Shown here: positions 27,598 through 38,420 of the stretch, piece after piece
Layout of the letters: each line of letters begins with the position of its first letter
Position numbering within the stretch: the first letter of the stretch is position 1
From: an uncultured Gammaproteobacteria bacterium
GTDB lineage: Bacteria > Patescibacteriota > Microgenomatia > Levybacterales > UBA12049
Direction of reading: 5' to 3'
DNA: 64,000 nucleotides
Assembly: GCA_964490105.1 (NCBI GenBank)
Contig: CAZAZU010000001.1
Coordinates: 155,440-219,439, forward strand
Program-made: the position numbers and the translations under genes
Notes under the pieces: model-generated
The model's database searches: none
Seen by the model: the letters and a program-made list of their open reading frames with translations, nothing else
Told to the model about the DNA's origin: nothing

Positions 27598-28563
27598 TTA
27601 ATTTCCTCCAGCAAATTTTTTAATAACTTCTTTAAGTTTTTCAATTGAATCCTCATCATAAATAGAAACTTCTAGAATCTCTAGTCTCTTTTTTGAAAAT
27701 ATTTTTTTGTTTTCCTTAAGCTTTTCCCGGGTTGCTAAATCTTTTTTTGTAAAAATTATTATTTCAGGTTTTTCTAAAAGTTCTGGGTTATATTTCTGAA
27801 ATTCTCCTCTTACGATTTCATAAGCTTTTTTTGGATCGGTTTCAGTAGAGTCAATGCAGTGAAGGATAATTTTAGTTTTTTCAATATGTTTTAAGAATCG
27901 TATTCCTAATCCTTTTCCAGTAGAAGCGCCTTCAATAAGTCCTGGAATGTCCGCAAGAGTAATGCTATCTAGCATTCCAATATTTGGCTCAAGAGTTGTA
28001 AATGGATAATTACCTATTCTTGGCGTTGCGTTTGTTAAGACAGCTAAGAGACTACTCTTTCCTGCATTTGGAAGTCCAGCAAGTCCGCCGTCGGCAATTA
28101 TTTTTAGTTCAAAAATTAAATCTTTTTCTTCCCCCTCGCCTCCCGGCTCAGCGAATTTTGGTGTTTGACGGGTAGCGCTTTTAAATTCATTATTTCCGCG
28201 TCCCCCCACTCCTCCTCTAGCAATAAGAATAGGTTTGTCGTCCCGTATTTCAAAAGTTTGATTAGATTTAGCGTCAGTTACTTGAGTTCCAATTGGGAGA
28301 AGGATGGTTATATGTTCTGCGTTTTTTCCGTAGAGATTATTTCGTCCACCAGGGACTCCGTCGATTCCTCTAATTTTTTTCTTAAATCTAAATTCCTTAA
28401 GGTCATTAATATTTGTGGATCCCTGAAGAAAAACATTTCCGCCGTTTCCCCCATTTCCGCCATCGGGGCCGCCTTTTGAGGTTTGGCCATTTCTAATAAA
28501 GGAGACTGCACCGTTTCCCCCATTTCCTGCTTTTAAATTTACTTTTACGTAGTCAACTAACAT
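27598..28563 (-). CDS. obg: GTPase Obg (short, no C-terminal domain)
   Basis: Gly-rich Obg fold N-domain; G1 GLPNAGKSSLL. Confidence 0.9.
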   Translation of the reverse strand: MLVDYVKVNLKAGNGGNGAVSFIRNGQTSKGGPDGGNGGNGGNVFLQGSTNINDLKEFRFKKKIRGIDGVPGGRNNLYGKNAEHITILLPIGTQVTDAKSNQTFEIRDDKPILIARGGVGGRGNNEFKSATRQTPKFAEPGGEGEEKDLIFELKIIADGGLAGLPNAGKSSLLAVLTNATPRIGNYPFTTLEPNIGMLDSITLADIPGLIEGASTGKGLGIRFLKHIEKTKIILHCIDSTETDPKKAYEIVRGEFQKYNPELLEKPEIIIFTKKDLATREKLKENKKIFSKKRLEILEVSIYDEDSIEKLKEVIKKFAGGN

Positions 28564-28570
28564 ATCTTAA

Positions 28571-29782
28571 TTATTCCACAAAAGTTAACGCAATTCCTCT
28601 TTTTCCAGCTCTTCCAGTTCTTCCAATTCTGTGAACATAATCTTCATATGAAGCAGGTTCATCGTAATTTATAACGTGACTTACGTCTTCAATGTCTAGT
28701 CCGCGAGATGCTACATCTGTTGCAAGTAATATGTGAATGTCCCCATTTTTAAATCCGTCTAATGCTCTTTGGCGTTGTCCTTGTGATTTATTTCCATGAA
28801 TTGAAGCAGCTCTAAAACCTCTCATGATTAAAGCTTTAGAAAGTTTTTCTATTCCCCATTTAGTTCTGCCAAAAATTAAAACTTTACTAAATTCTTCTGT
28901 TGCTAATAGATCATGGAGCATGTCCAATTTTCTATTTTTATCAGTTACCCTGATGATGTCTTGTTCGATAGTCCCTGCAGTTTCTTGAGTTTTTACAGAA
29001 ACAGTGACCGGATCAGTCACAAAATTCTGTAGAATTTCTTTCGTCTTTCCATCCACTGTTGCTGAGAAAAATAAAGATTGTCTTTTTTGAGGAAGCTGGG
29101 AAATAAGATACTTAATGTCATGAATAAATCCTATATCGACCATTCTGTCTGTTTCGTCCAGAACTATATTTTGAAACATCATAAGATTTAATTTTTTACG
29201 TTGGACTAGATCTTTAAGTCTTCCTGGAGTCCCGATTACAAAATGAGGGTTATGTCTTAAGTTAGATTCTTGTCTGTGTAGGTTTGCTCCGCCGATGCAA
29301 ATTAAGGCTTCCAAATCTGTTCCTTTTGCAAAAAATTTGAATTCATCTTTTATTTGCATAGCGAGCTCTCGGGTTGGCGCCATAATTAAAACTCTTTCAT
29401 ATTTATTTAGATAAGATTTATTTATAAGTGGGATAAGAAATGACGCAGTTTTACCAGTTCCTGTGTTTGCAATACCAATTACGTCCCTGCCATTTATAAT
29501 TGCGGGAATTACTTGATCTTGAATAGGAGTGGGTTTTTTATAACCGTGTTCTAAAATATTTCTTTTAATTTTTTCATCAATTTGGAAAGTCTCAAAACTA
29601 TTAATCGGCTGAAATGTTTCTTCCTGAACTTGTGTAATTGCTTTATTAACATAAATATTCGGATTAAGTTTTTTTACCTGGTGTCTTCCTCCGCCAAAGG
29701 ATCTGGCGTTTCTGTTTGGTCTTCCTGAGTAATTATTTCTTCCACTTTTGAAGGAATTTCTGTTGGAGTTTTGGTGGTACAT
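28571..29782 (-). CDS. DEAD-box ATP-dependent RNA helicase
   Basis: Q motif, PTRELA, DETD (DEAD variant), SAT, HRIGRTGRAG; R/G-rich N-terminus. Confidence 0.9.
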   Translation of the reverse strand: MYHQNSNRNSFKSGRNNYSGRPNRNARSFGGGRHQVKKLNPNIYVNKAITQVQEETFQPINSFETFQIDEKIKRNILEHGYKKPTPIQDQVIPAIINGRDVIGIANTGTGKTASFLIPLINKSYLNKYERVLIMAPTRELAMQIKDEFKFFAKGTDLEALICIGGANLHRQESNLRHNPHFVIGTPGRLKDLVQRKKLNLMMFQNIVLDETDRMVDIGFIHDIKYLISQLPQKRQSLFFSATVDGKTKEILQNFVTDPVTVSVKTQETAGTIEQDIIRVTDKNRKLDMLHDLLATEEFSKVLIFGRTKWGIEKLSKALIMRGFRAASIHGNKSQGQRQRALDGFKNGDIHILLATDVASRGLDIEDVSHVINYDEPASYEDYVHRIGRTGRAGKRGIALTFVE

Positions 29783-29783
29783 A

Positions 29784-31592
29784 TTAGATTAATCCAAGGG
29801 ATCTTTTTCTTCTTTCCTCTATTTCGTCAAGAATAATTTTTCTAATTCTTATGTTTTTTGGAGTTACTTCTACTAATTCATCATCTGAAATATATTCCAG
29901 TGCGTCTTCTAAGTCCATAGTTTTTGGAGTTCTAAGATAAACAGAAACTCCTTCTCCCTTTGATCTGTGATTTGTTAGCTGCTTAGTCTTACAAACATTA
30001 ATTCTTATGTCTTCACTTCTTGAATTTTGTCCTATAACCTGTCCTTTATAAACTTGAGTTTCAGGGCCAAGAAAAAGCACACCTCTGTCTTGAAAACCTG
30101 TTAAAGAATAGGTATTAGTGACACCTGATTCGTGGGAAACGAGTGAACCTTGCTCACGCTTTAGGGCAAATCCTGAATCCGGTGCATATTCAAAGAAAAG
30201 TGTGTTCATGATTCCAAGTCCTTTAGTGTCTGTTACGAATTCACTTCTGTAGCCGAATAAATTCTTTGTAGAAATTACAAATTCCATAAAACAAATCCCA
30301 TTTTCAGTTCTCATGTCTTTCATTTCGCCTCGTCTGCCCCCCATTTTTTGAATTACAGTTCCGCTAAATTCCTCAGGACACTCTAGATAAACTTTTTCAT
30401 AAGGAGTTAAGGTTTTTCCGTCAATCACTTTATCAATTACATGAGGACGTCCTACTTGGAACTCATAACCTTCTCTTCTCATTCTTTCAATTAGAATCGC
30501 AAGATGTAGTTCTCCACGACCTGAGACTATCCATTCATTTCCGCTGTCCTCTACTCGAAGCGCCATGTCAGTTTCTAGTTCTTTATAGAGTCTGTCTCTA
30601 ATCTGGCGCGAAGTTTTAAATTCTCCCTCCCTGCCTGCAAAAGGAGAACTATTTACTGAAAAAGTAGCTCTAATAGTAGGTTCTTCAATTGAAAGAACAG
30701 GAAGAGCTATGGGGTTAATTGGGTCTGAAATAGTCTCTCCGATCACTGGTTCCGGAATTCCTGAAATTGCAACTATGTCTCCAGCTTCCGCTTTTTCAAT
30801 TTCCACTTTACCAAGGCCTTCAAAAGTTACCAAAGATGTTATTCTGTGTTTTAAAACTTCACCGGTTCTTTTTATCTGAGAAATTTCCTGACTTTTATTA
30901 ATTGTGCCATTATAAATTCTTCCGATCGCAATTCTTCCTTTATGAGAGTCTCTTGATAAAGTTGTGATAAGAATTTGAAGTGGAAGTGCAGGGTCGCCTG
31001 ATGGAGCGGGAATTTCTTTATGAATCATTTCAAAAATTGGATTAATATTTGTCATTTCCTCGAGTTTGTCAGATGTTCCTGCAAGTCCGTTTTTTGCTGA
31101 TGCATAAATTATAGGGAAATCAGCAGAATCATCATCTGCTCCAAGATCTAAAAATAGATCCAGTGTTTTATCTAAAACATGATGGATTCTAGCGTCAGAC
31201 TTATCGATCTTGTTAACTACTACGATAATTTTTAGCTTCATTTCGAGTGCTTTTTTAAGAACAAATCTTGTTTGAGGCATTGGACCCTCTTTAGCGTCCA
31301 CCAAAAGAAGACATCCATCTGCCATTTTTAGAACTCTTTCTACTTCTCCGCCAAAATCAGCGTGTCCAGGAGTGTCGATGATGTTTATCTTCGTACCATT
31401 CCACATGACTGATGCATTTTTAGAGAAAATTGTGATTCCTCTTTCCTGCTCGAGCTCATTACTGTCCATGATGAGAGACTGTGCAGTGTCCTTATGCATT
31501 TCAGTCTTTGACTGTTTTAAAAGCGCGTCAACTAAAGTCGTTTTTCCGTGATCGACGTGAGCGATTATTGCGATGTTTCTTATATCTTTCAT
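29784..31592 (-). CDS. typA: translational GTPase TypA/BipA
   Basis: NIAIIAHVDHGKTTL; EF-G-like domain order; 602 aa. Confidence 0.9.
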   Translation of the reverse strand: MKDIRNIAIIAHVDHGKTTLVDALLKQSKTEMHKDTAQSLIMDSNELEQERGITIFSKNASVMWNGTKINIIDTPGHADFGGEVERVLKMADGCLLLVDAKEGPMPQTRFVLKKALEMKLKIIVVVNKIDKSDARIHHVLDKTLDLFLDLGADDDSADFPIIYASAKNGLAGTSDKLEEMTNINPIFEMIHKEIPAPSGDPALPLQILITTLSRDSHKGRIAIGRIYNGTINKSQEISQIKRTGEVLKHRITSLVTFEGLGKVEIEKAEAGDIVAISGIPEPVIGETISDPINPIALPVLSIEEPTIRATFSVNSSPFAGREGEFKTSRQIRDRLYKELETDMALRVEDSGNEWIVSGRGELHLAILIERMRREGYEFQVGRPHVIDKVIDGKTLTPYEKVYLECPEEFSGTVIQKMGGRRGEMKDMRTENGICFMEFVISTKNLFGYRSEFVTDTKGLGIMNTLFFEYAPDSGFALKREQGSLVSHESGVTNTYSLTGFQDRGVLFLGPETQVYKGQVIGQNSRSEDIRINVCKTKQLTNHRSKGEGVSVYLRTPKTMDLEDALEYISDDELVEVTPKNIRIRKIILDEIEERRKRSLGLI

Positions 31593-31820
31593 AATAAAAA
31601 TCCTCTCTATTGCTTCTGCTTTTTTGGTTTAATTCGAATTTGGCTCGAAGAAAAAAAGAGGGATCAAGTTGTATTTAAACAACTCGTTAATTATAGCAGA
31701 AATAAAGCTAAATTGCTTGTCCTATAGTTTTGATCTTACTGTCTTCTTACTCCTGTGATATCGTTATCCCTTGTCTATATTGTTAAATACAGGCTCTACT
31801 AAAAGAGAGGAGGTGAAAAA

Positions 31821-32567
31821 ATGATAAATAATAAGAAAAAACTAACTACAGCGATTGTACTAGGGTTATTTGTTTTTGCTTTTACAGCAAACACATCGCT
31901 AGCAGCTTTTAATGTACGAATAAATGGAAACGGATCTGATTCTGAAAACAGAGTCAGAATAAATAGCGATTACAAGTTAAATGTGTCTCAGTCTAACAGA
32001 GCAGACTTTAATAACAAAATTAATGTAAGTTCTAATACAGGCGGAAACGACGCAAATAGAAATAATCGAGGAGATGTTTCCATTCATACTGGAAATTCTA
32101 ATACTTCAGTTGAGGTTTCAAATCAAGCCAACTTAAATCATATATATCTTAGTCATTCAAATGACGGGAGTGGTAATGGCGGAAATGGAGACAATGGACA
32201 CAAGGAATATAAAAAGTTTCATGTATCCATGAATGGAGCACAAGAAGTACCAGGACCAGGAGATCCAAATGGATGGGGTATGGCTAAAGTAGCTGTAATT
32301 CCTTCCATGGGAAAACTTTGTATAGCTATGCATGTCGGTAATATTGAGCCTGCAACGGCAGCTCATATCCATGAAGCACCAGTTGGTGTTTCTGGACCAG
32401 TGGTAATCAACTTGCCTACACCAGATAGCAATGGTCACGCGAAGGGATGTGTGGATGCTGACTCGAACAAGTTAACAGAAATTAAGAATAATCCTTCTAA
32501 TTTCTATGTGAACGTTCATAACGGTCCATATCCTAATGGAGCTGTACGAGGTCAATTAAGTAATTAA
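31821..32567 (+). CDS. secreted CHRD-domain protein with Asn-rich N-terminal region
   Basis: SD GAGAGGAGGTGA; signal peptide; CHRD signature GAQEVP ... AAHIHEAPVGVSGPVV ... FYVNVHNGPYPNGAVRGQL. Confidence 0.7.
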   Translation: MINNKKKLTTAIVLGLFVFAFTANTSLAAFNVRINGNGSDSENRVRINSDYKLNVSQSNRADFNNKINVSSNTGGNDANRNNRGDVSIHTGNSNTSVEVSNQANLNHIYLSHSNDGSGNGGNGDNGHKEYKKFHVSMNGAQEVPGPGDPNGWGMAKVAVIPSMGKLCIAMHVGNIEPATAAHIHEAPVGVSGPVVINLPTPDSNGHAKGCVDADSNKLTEIKNNPSNFYVNVHNGPYPNGAVRGQLSN

Positions 32568-32613
32568 AACTTAACTGATAGTTCTTTCTAAAACCTGCCC
32601 AAAGCGGCAGGTT

Positions 32614-33030
32614 TTAGTTTGTGGTAAATGTCATACCGAGTTTACTTGCTTCATTAATTATTTTTCTAAGTAAGTTGGTATCTATGTCTTCCATCTTTTT
32701 AAACCTGATACAGCTCCTGCCTATGGATGCCTTAGGAAGTTTATCTTTATATTTTTCAGCAACATATTGTTTTCCGTCTGCAGCGCAAATATAAAGAGAA
32801 ATATAGTTTTTTCGACTGGCAAGAGCAATAAGCGGCCAATCGCCTACTCTTCCTGACTTAGATTTATAATGTTCACTTCTAAAACCAATCATCCCAGAAA
32901 TAATATATGGTTTGTCTTTAGGCATTTCATCTTTAATTAACTCGAAAACTTTTTTTGTTTCAGTTTTCTCTGGTTCGGGGAGCATTTCTAAGTATTCATC
33001 GGGAGTCTTTGCTGCAGTTGGCTTAAACAT
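32614..33030 (-). CDS. DUF1801-like protein
   Basis: start moved to Met24 to avoid overlap with carB; similarity judged from memory only. Confidence 0.4.
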   Translation of the reverse strand: MFKPTAAKTPDEYLEMLPEPEKTETKKVFELIKDEMPKDKPYIISGMIGFRSEHYKSKSGRVGDWPLIALASRKNYISLYICAADGKQYVAEKYKDKLPKASIGRSCIRFKKMEDIDTNLLRKIINEASKLGMTFTTN

Positions 33031-33043
33031 GTTCATAGGCCAA

Positions 33044-36000
33044 TTATACAATATACTCATTCCACGACTTAATCTGAAGTTCTTCAACTGGGATTTCACT
33101 AACTGCTTTTATGAATAATTCTGCTTTCTTTAGATTTGTAAAAAGAGTGATATTATGGTCCACAGCAGAACGTCTAATAGAGTAATCATCATTAATATGT
33201 TTTTTCATATAAATATCATTAATATTTATTGCGAGATCAATTACTCCTTTTTGGAAATATTCTAAAATATTTGGAGATTTACCTTCGTAAATCTTGTGAA
33301 GAATATTCACTTTCACTCCGTGCTGAGTCAGAAAATTTGATGTTTTTTCAGTTGCATAAATTGGGATATTTAATTTATTAAGATACGGCACCATATCTAA
33401 AAACTTAATTTTATTTTCATCTCCCCCAAGACTTACGAAAATTCCTTTTTTTGGTATTTTTTCTCCAACTGAAAGTTCTGCTTTTAAAAATGCTTCTTCG
33501 ACTGTATTTCCAAAGCAGGCTACTTCTCCTGTTGAGGTCATCTCTACGTCTAGTACAGGATCTGCTCCTGTTAATCTAGAAAAAGAGAACTGTGCAACCT
33601 TTACTGCTACAAAATTATATTTAGTAAAATCAATTATTTTTTCCTTTTTACATTTTCCAAAAAAAGCATCTACTGACTGTTCCATAAAGTCTACTCCGCT
33701 AACTTTTGAAATGAAAGGAAATGTTCGCGAGCTTCTAACATTTATTTCAATTACTGAAATTTCATTATCTTTCGCAAGACACTGAATATTAAATGGCCCT
33801 GTGATAGATAGGTTTTTTACTAAAGATTCAGCTATTAATCTTAACTTCTTAAATGTTTCTATGTAAATTTTTTGAGCCGGAAAAACAATTGACGCATCTC
33901 CTGAATGCACGCCGGCATTTTCTATGTGTTCTGATACTGCAATTGCTTTAATTATTCCATCTTGAGCAACTCCGTCGATTTCAATCTCCTTAGCATCCGT
34001 TACGAATTTCGAAATTGTCACTGGATATTCCCTTGAGATAATTGACATTTTTTTAAGGAAAGATGATAACTCATCTTCTGAAAAGATGACTTTCATGTTG
34101 CTGCCGGAAAGCACAAACGAAGGTCTAACTAAAACTGGGAATCCTTCTTTTTTCGCAAATTTTGAAGCTTCTTCTAATGTATTAAATTTATTCCATGCGG
34201 GCTGTTTAATTTCAAGCCTATCAAGTAACGCTGAGAATCGCGTTCTATCTTCGGCCATCTCTATATTTGAAGGATCCGTTCCGAGAATGTGAAATCCATA
34301 TTCTTTTAATGATTTCGCCCTGTTATTTGGTGTTTGTCCGCCCACAGAAACAACCACTCCAAAAGGATTTTCAAACTCATAAATATCTGCAATTCTTTCA
34401 AAAGTCAGTTCTTCAAAATAAAGTTTATTTGAAACATCATAGTCAGTTGAAACTGTTTCCGGATTACAATTAATCACTATAGTTTTCTTTTTGTGTTTTT
34501 CTAAAGCTCTTATCGCAGCTACACTTGTCCAGTCAAACTCTACAGAAGACCCAATTCTATAAGGACCGGATCCAAGAACTATAACCCCATCTTTTTTAGA
34601 AGGTGAAATATCATTATGGGACCCGTTGTAGGTAAGATAAAGATAATTTGTTTGAGCCGGGAATTCTCCTGCCAAGGTGTCAATCTGAAAAATTGAGGGA
34701 ATGACATTAAGTTTTTTTCTTATTTTTCTAACTTCAAGTCCCTTTTTATTTACGAGTTCTCCGATTCTTTTATCGGAAAATCCTAATTGTTTAAATTCCA
34801 GTAATTCATTTCTATCTAAGATGAGTTTTTTATTAGATTTTAATTTTTTCTCGTGGTTTGTTATGTTTTGAATTCTAAAAAGAAACCATGGATCAATTCC
34901 CGTAAGAAGCCTTATTTCTTCAGTGGTAAAACCTCTTTTATAAGCCTCTGAAATTGCAAACATTCTGTTTGGTGTGGGTTTACTCAGCGCATTCTTTAGT
35001 TCAAGTTCAGATGCATCGCTAAATAATTTATCATTAACTATTCCTTCAAAATCTAAGTCAAGCATTCTTATTGCTTTTTGAAATGCCTCACCAAAAGTAC
35101 GCCCAATTCCCATGACTTCTCCAACCGACTTCATACTGCTTCCGATTGTTTGATCTGCATTTTTAAATTTATTTATGTCCCAGCGGGGCATTTTTATGGT
35201 CACGTAATCCAGCGCTGGTTCAAAGCAAAATTGAGTAGCTTTTGTTACTCTATTTGTGAGCTCAGTAAGATTTTTACCAAGCGCTAATTTGGCTGCTACA
35301 TATGCTAAAGGGTATCCAGTCGCCTTACTTGCAAGAGCCGAGCTTCTGGAAAGGCGGGCATTAAGTTCAATTACATAATATTCCAGTTCTCCGTTTTTAG
35401 GATTTGGGTTAAGCGCAAACTGAACATTACATTCTCCTACTATTCCAAGGCTTCTGACAATTTTTATCGAGACACTTCTTAGTTTATGGTATTCATTATT
35501 TGTTAAAGTCTGACTAGGGGCAATAACTATTGACTCACCGGTGTGAATCCCTAAAGGATCCATGTTTTCCATATTACAAACAGTTACGCAGTTGTCGAAA
35601 GAATCTCTAACTACTTCGTATTCGATTTCTTTATAGTGATGAAGATATTTTTCGACCAGTACTTGTTTTACGAAAGAGAAAGCAACTTCTAAAATTTTCC
35701 TAAGCTCTTTTTCATCCGCCGCAATTCCAGATCCCTGCCCGCCCAATGCAAATCCCGCTCTTACCATAACGGGATACTTTATCTCTTTTGCAATTTTTAC
35801 TGCGGTTTCAACATCTGTTGCTGATTTACTGACTGGAGTAAAAACTCCTAGCTTTTTAAGATGCTGTGCAAATTTTTTTCTGTCTTCTGAAATCTCAACT
35901 GCTGAAATTGGTGAACCCAGAATTTTAACTTTATATTTTTTAAGTGTTCCGCTTTCGTCTAGGGCTAATCCGCAATTTAACGCAGTTTGTCCGCCGAATG

Positions 36001-36253
36001 AAACAAGAATTGCATCGGGTTTTTCTTTTTTTATAATTTTTTCTACAAAAAAAGGCGTCACAGGGAGAAAATATACGATATCCGCTAAGAGTTTGGAAGT
36101 TTGAATTGTAGCTATATTTGGATTAACCAAAACAGTTTTTAATCCCTCTTCCTTAAGAGCTTTAATAGCCTGAGAACCGGAATAATCGAATTCTCCAGCT
36201 TCACCGATTTTTAATGCTCCTGAACCCAGGATTAATACCTTTTTTACTTTCAT
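33044..36253 (-). CDS. carB: carbamoyl-phosphate synthase large subunit
   Basis: 1069 aa, duplicated ATP-grasp halves; canonical N-term KVLILGSGALKIGEAGEFDYSGSQA. Confidence 0.95.
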   Translation of the reverse strand: MKVKKVLILGSGALKIGEAGEFDYSGSQAIKALKEEGLKTVLVNPNIATIQTSKLLADIVYFLPVTPFFVEKIIKKEKPDAILVSFGGQTALNCGLALDESGTLKKYKVKILGSPISAVEISEDRKKFAQHLKKLGVFTPVSKSATDVETAVKIAKEIKYPVMVRAGFALGGQGSGIAADEKELRKILEVAFSFVKQVLVEKYLHHYKEIEYEVVRDSFDNCVTVCNMENMDPLGIHTGESIVIAPSQTLTNNEYHKLRSVSIKIVRSLGIVGECNVQFALNPNPKNGELEYYVIELNARLSRSSALASKATGYPLAYVAAKLALGKNLTELTNRVTKATQFCFEPALDYVTIKMPRWDINKFKNADQTIGSSMKSVGEVMGIGRTFGEAFQKAIRMLDLDFEGIVNDKLFSDASELELKNALSKPTPNRMFAISEAYKRGFTTEEIRLLTGIDPWFLFRIQNITNHEKKLKSNKKLILDRNELLEFKQLGFSDKRIGELVNKKGLEVRKIRKKLNVIPSIFQIDTLAGEFPAQTNYLYLTYNGSHNDISPSKKDGVIVLGSGPYRIGSSVEFDWTSVAAIRALEKHKKKTIVINCNPETVSTDYDVSNKLYFEELTFERIADIYEFENPFGVVVSVGGQTPNNRAKSLKEYGFHILGTDPSNIEMAEDRTRFSALLDRLEIKQPAWNKFNTLEEASKFAKKEGFPVLVRPSFVLSGSNMKVIFSEDELSSFLKKMSIISREYPVTISKFVTDAKEIEIDGVAQDGIIKAIAVSEHIENAGVHSGDASIVFPAQKIYIETFKKLRLIAESLVKNLSITGPFNIQCLAKDNEISVIEINVRSSRTFPFISKVSGVDFMEQSVDAFFGKCKKEKIIDFTKYNFVAVKVAQFSFSRLTGADPVLDVEMTSTGEVACFGNTVEEAFLKAELSVGEKIPKKGIFVSLGGDENKIKFLDMVPYLNKLNIPIYATEKTSNFLTQHGVKVNILHKIYEGKSPNILEYFQKGVIDLAININDIYMKKHINDDYSIRRSAVDHNITLFTNLKKAELFIKAVSEIPVEELQIKSWNEYIV

Positions 36254-37290
36254 ATTTTTTCTAAGAAATAATCAAAAATCCATTCTGTGTCTTCCGGACC
36301 CGGAGTTGCTTCAGGGTGAAATTGGACAGACATTATCGGGCGTGTTTTATGAATAATGCCCTCATTTGAGCCGTCGTTAGCATTAATAAACCATGGCTTA
36401 AAATCTTTGGGGATTCTCTTTACCTCAAACCCATGATTTTGTGTTGTTATATAGCACCTATTAGTTCCTACCATTGTGCAGGGTTGATTCTGACTTCTAT
36501 GTCCATATTTTAATTTTCCAGTGTCGCCTCCTGCAGCAAGCGTTAGAAGTTGATTACCTAGACACACGCCCAGAATCGGTAATTTCAATTTAAAAAGTTT
36601 TCTTATATTCTCAATCGTTTCGGTTACGAATTTTGGATTTCCCGGGCCGTTCGAAATTACCACTCCATTAATCTTATCCATAAATTTGCTTGCCGTTAGA
36701 TCGAAGTCCCATGGAACTGTAATCACATTTACCCCTCTTTTGCTTAGCGCCCTTTGAATATTCTTCTTTGCACCGCAATCAATTAATAAAATATTTTTTG
36801 CATCCTTTGAAATCTCCTTAGTTGTTACTTTGGAGGTTGAAACTTTTTTAACAAGATTTTCATTATCAGGGTCATAAAAATTTATATCTTTTCCATTAAC
36901 TATTTTTCCAAGCACTGTTCCTTTTTCTCGAATTGTTTGAGTCAGAAGTCTTGTGTCTTTTATTTCGAGTGCCGGTATTCCCTCTTCTTTTAGCCACTGC
37001 CCAAGCGTCTTTCTGCTTTGAAAATGATACGGAGTATTTATATATGTAGACACAATTAACCCTGAAATCATAATTTTATCCGCTTCCCAGAATTTTTTAT
37101 CAGGAATTCCGTAATTTCCGACCAAGGGATATGTGAGAATTAATATCTGGCCTTTATAGGAAGGATCTGTTAAGGATTCAGGGTAGCCCATCATGCCGGT
37201 TGAGAAAACTACCTCCCCTGCTGATGGACTTTCCGCACCGAAGCTTTTTCCGGTAAAGCTTAATCCGTTTTTAAGTACTAACTTATTCAT
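36250..37290 (-). CDS. carA: carbamoyl-phosphate synthase small subunit (glutamine amidotransferase)
   Basis: class I GATase triad region GVCLGNQ; 4-nt overlap with carB. Confidence 0.9.
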   Translation of the reverse strand: MNKLVLKNGLSFTGKSFGAESPSAGEVVFSTGMMGYPESLTDPSYKGQILILTYPLVGNYGIPDKKFWEADKIMISGLIVSTYINTPYHFQSRKTLGQWLKEEGIPALEIKDTRLLTQTIREKGTVLGKIVNGKDINFYDPDNENLVKKVSTSKVTTKEISKDAKNILLIDCGAKKNIQRALSKRGVNVITVPWDFDLTASKFMDKINGVVISNGPGNPKFVTETIENIRKLFKLKLPILGVCLGNQLLTLAAGGDTGKLKYGHRSQNQPCTMVGTNRCYITTQNHGFEVKRIPKDFKPWFINANDGSNEGIIHKTRPIMSVQFHPEATPGPEDTEWIFDYFLEKI

Positions 37291-38261
37291 GCTTTACCCA
37301 GAATTAAACTTAATAGGGCCATTCTTATGTACATTCCATTCCTAACTTCTGATCTAAGATACTGAGCACGCGGATCCTGATCAACATCAAGAGTTATTTC
37401 TCCAATTCTGGGAAGCGGATGCATAAAAATTGTATTTTTTCCAGCGAGCTCATTTATAAGATTAGTATCTAAGATGAATTTATTTTTTACTTTTTCGTAT
37501 TCTTTTGTGTTTTTAAATCGTTCTTTTTGTACTCTAGTCCAATACCAAAAATCTGCATTTTTTGGCATGTCTTTTTCTGAATCTATTTCGATTAATTTTA
37601 TGTTGGCATTTTTAAAATTTAAGTGATCATTTTTTGAGAGCCTTAATTCTTTTGGAGACAACAGATAAAGAGTATTATTTTTAAATTTAGAAAGTCCCCG
37701 AATTAAAGAATGAACAGTACGGCCATTTAACATGTCGCCAGCCATTACTCCCGTTAACCCATCGAGTTTTTTTGTATGCTCGAAAATAGTCATCAAATCT
37801 AGAAGTGCTTGGGTTGGATGTTCTCCGATTCCGTCACCTGCGTTAACAACTGGTACAAGCTCTGCGGTCTCAGCAGCTTTTAATGCAGTTCCAGCAACTG
37901 GGTGTCTTATTACTATTGCATCACAGTAAGATTCAAAAACTCTAATTGTATCTTCTAAGGTTTCACCTTTTGAGACTGAAGAAAATACCTGAGGGTTAAG
38001 AATCTCAACCGTTGCGCCCCCGAGTTGTTTAATTGAAGCTCCAAATGAGCCGAAAGTTCTTGAAGATGGTTCATAAAAAATAAGGGTAACGATGTTACCC
38101 TTAAGAATATCCGATGGCCTTGCATTTTTTGCAATGCTGCGCATCTTAGAGGCTTGCTTAAATAGAATACTAATGTCTTTAGGAGTGAACTGATCTAAAG
38201 AGATGATGTCTTTGCCCTTAAAGTCTCCGTCTATGGGGTCAATTGTTATTTTTTTAACCAT
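37287..38261 (-). CDS. pyrB: aspartate carbamoyltransferase catalytic subunit
   Basis: SSRTF and HPLP (HPxQ-region) motifs; heads pyrB-carA-carB operon. Confidence 0.9.
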   Translation of the reverse strand: MVKKITIDPIDGDFKGKDIISLDQFTPKDISILFKQASKMRSIAKNARPSDILKGNIVTLIFYEPSSRTFGSFGASIKQLGGATVEILNPQVFSSVSKGETLEDTIRVFESYCDAIVIRHPVAGTALKAAETAELVPVVNAGDGIGEHPTQALLDLMTIFEHTKKLDGLTGVMAGDMLNGRTVHSLIRGLSKFKNNTLYLLSPKELRLSKNDHLNFKNANIKLIEIDSEKDMPKNADFWYWTRVQKERFKNTKEYEKVKNKFILDTNLINELAGKNTIFMHPLPRIGEITLDVDQDPRAQYLRSEVRNGMYIRMALLSLILGKA

Positions 38262-38373
38262 AAAAAAATCCTTCGCTAACGCTCAGGATGGACCAGAATC
38301 GTTAGTTAGATTGCCAACGCGTTCTGGAATTAAAGTTTAACAAAGTGTACTTAACTAGTCAACAAGAAAACTC

Positions 38374-38410
38374 TTGACAACTATTAGCACTCGTGCTATT
38401 CTATTGCTAA
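38374..38410 (+). promoter_or_regulatory. promoter (TTGACA-17-TATTCT) overlapped by CIRCE-like inverted repeat
   Basis: TTAGCACTC-N9-TATTGCTAA versus CIRCE consensus TTAGCACTC-N9-GAGTGCTAA; immediately upstream of hsp20. Confidence 0.45.
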
Positions 38411-38420
38411 TTGAGAGGAG

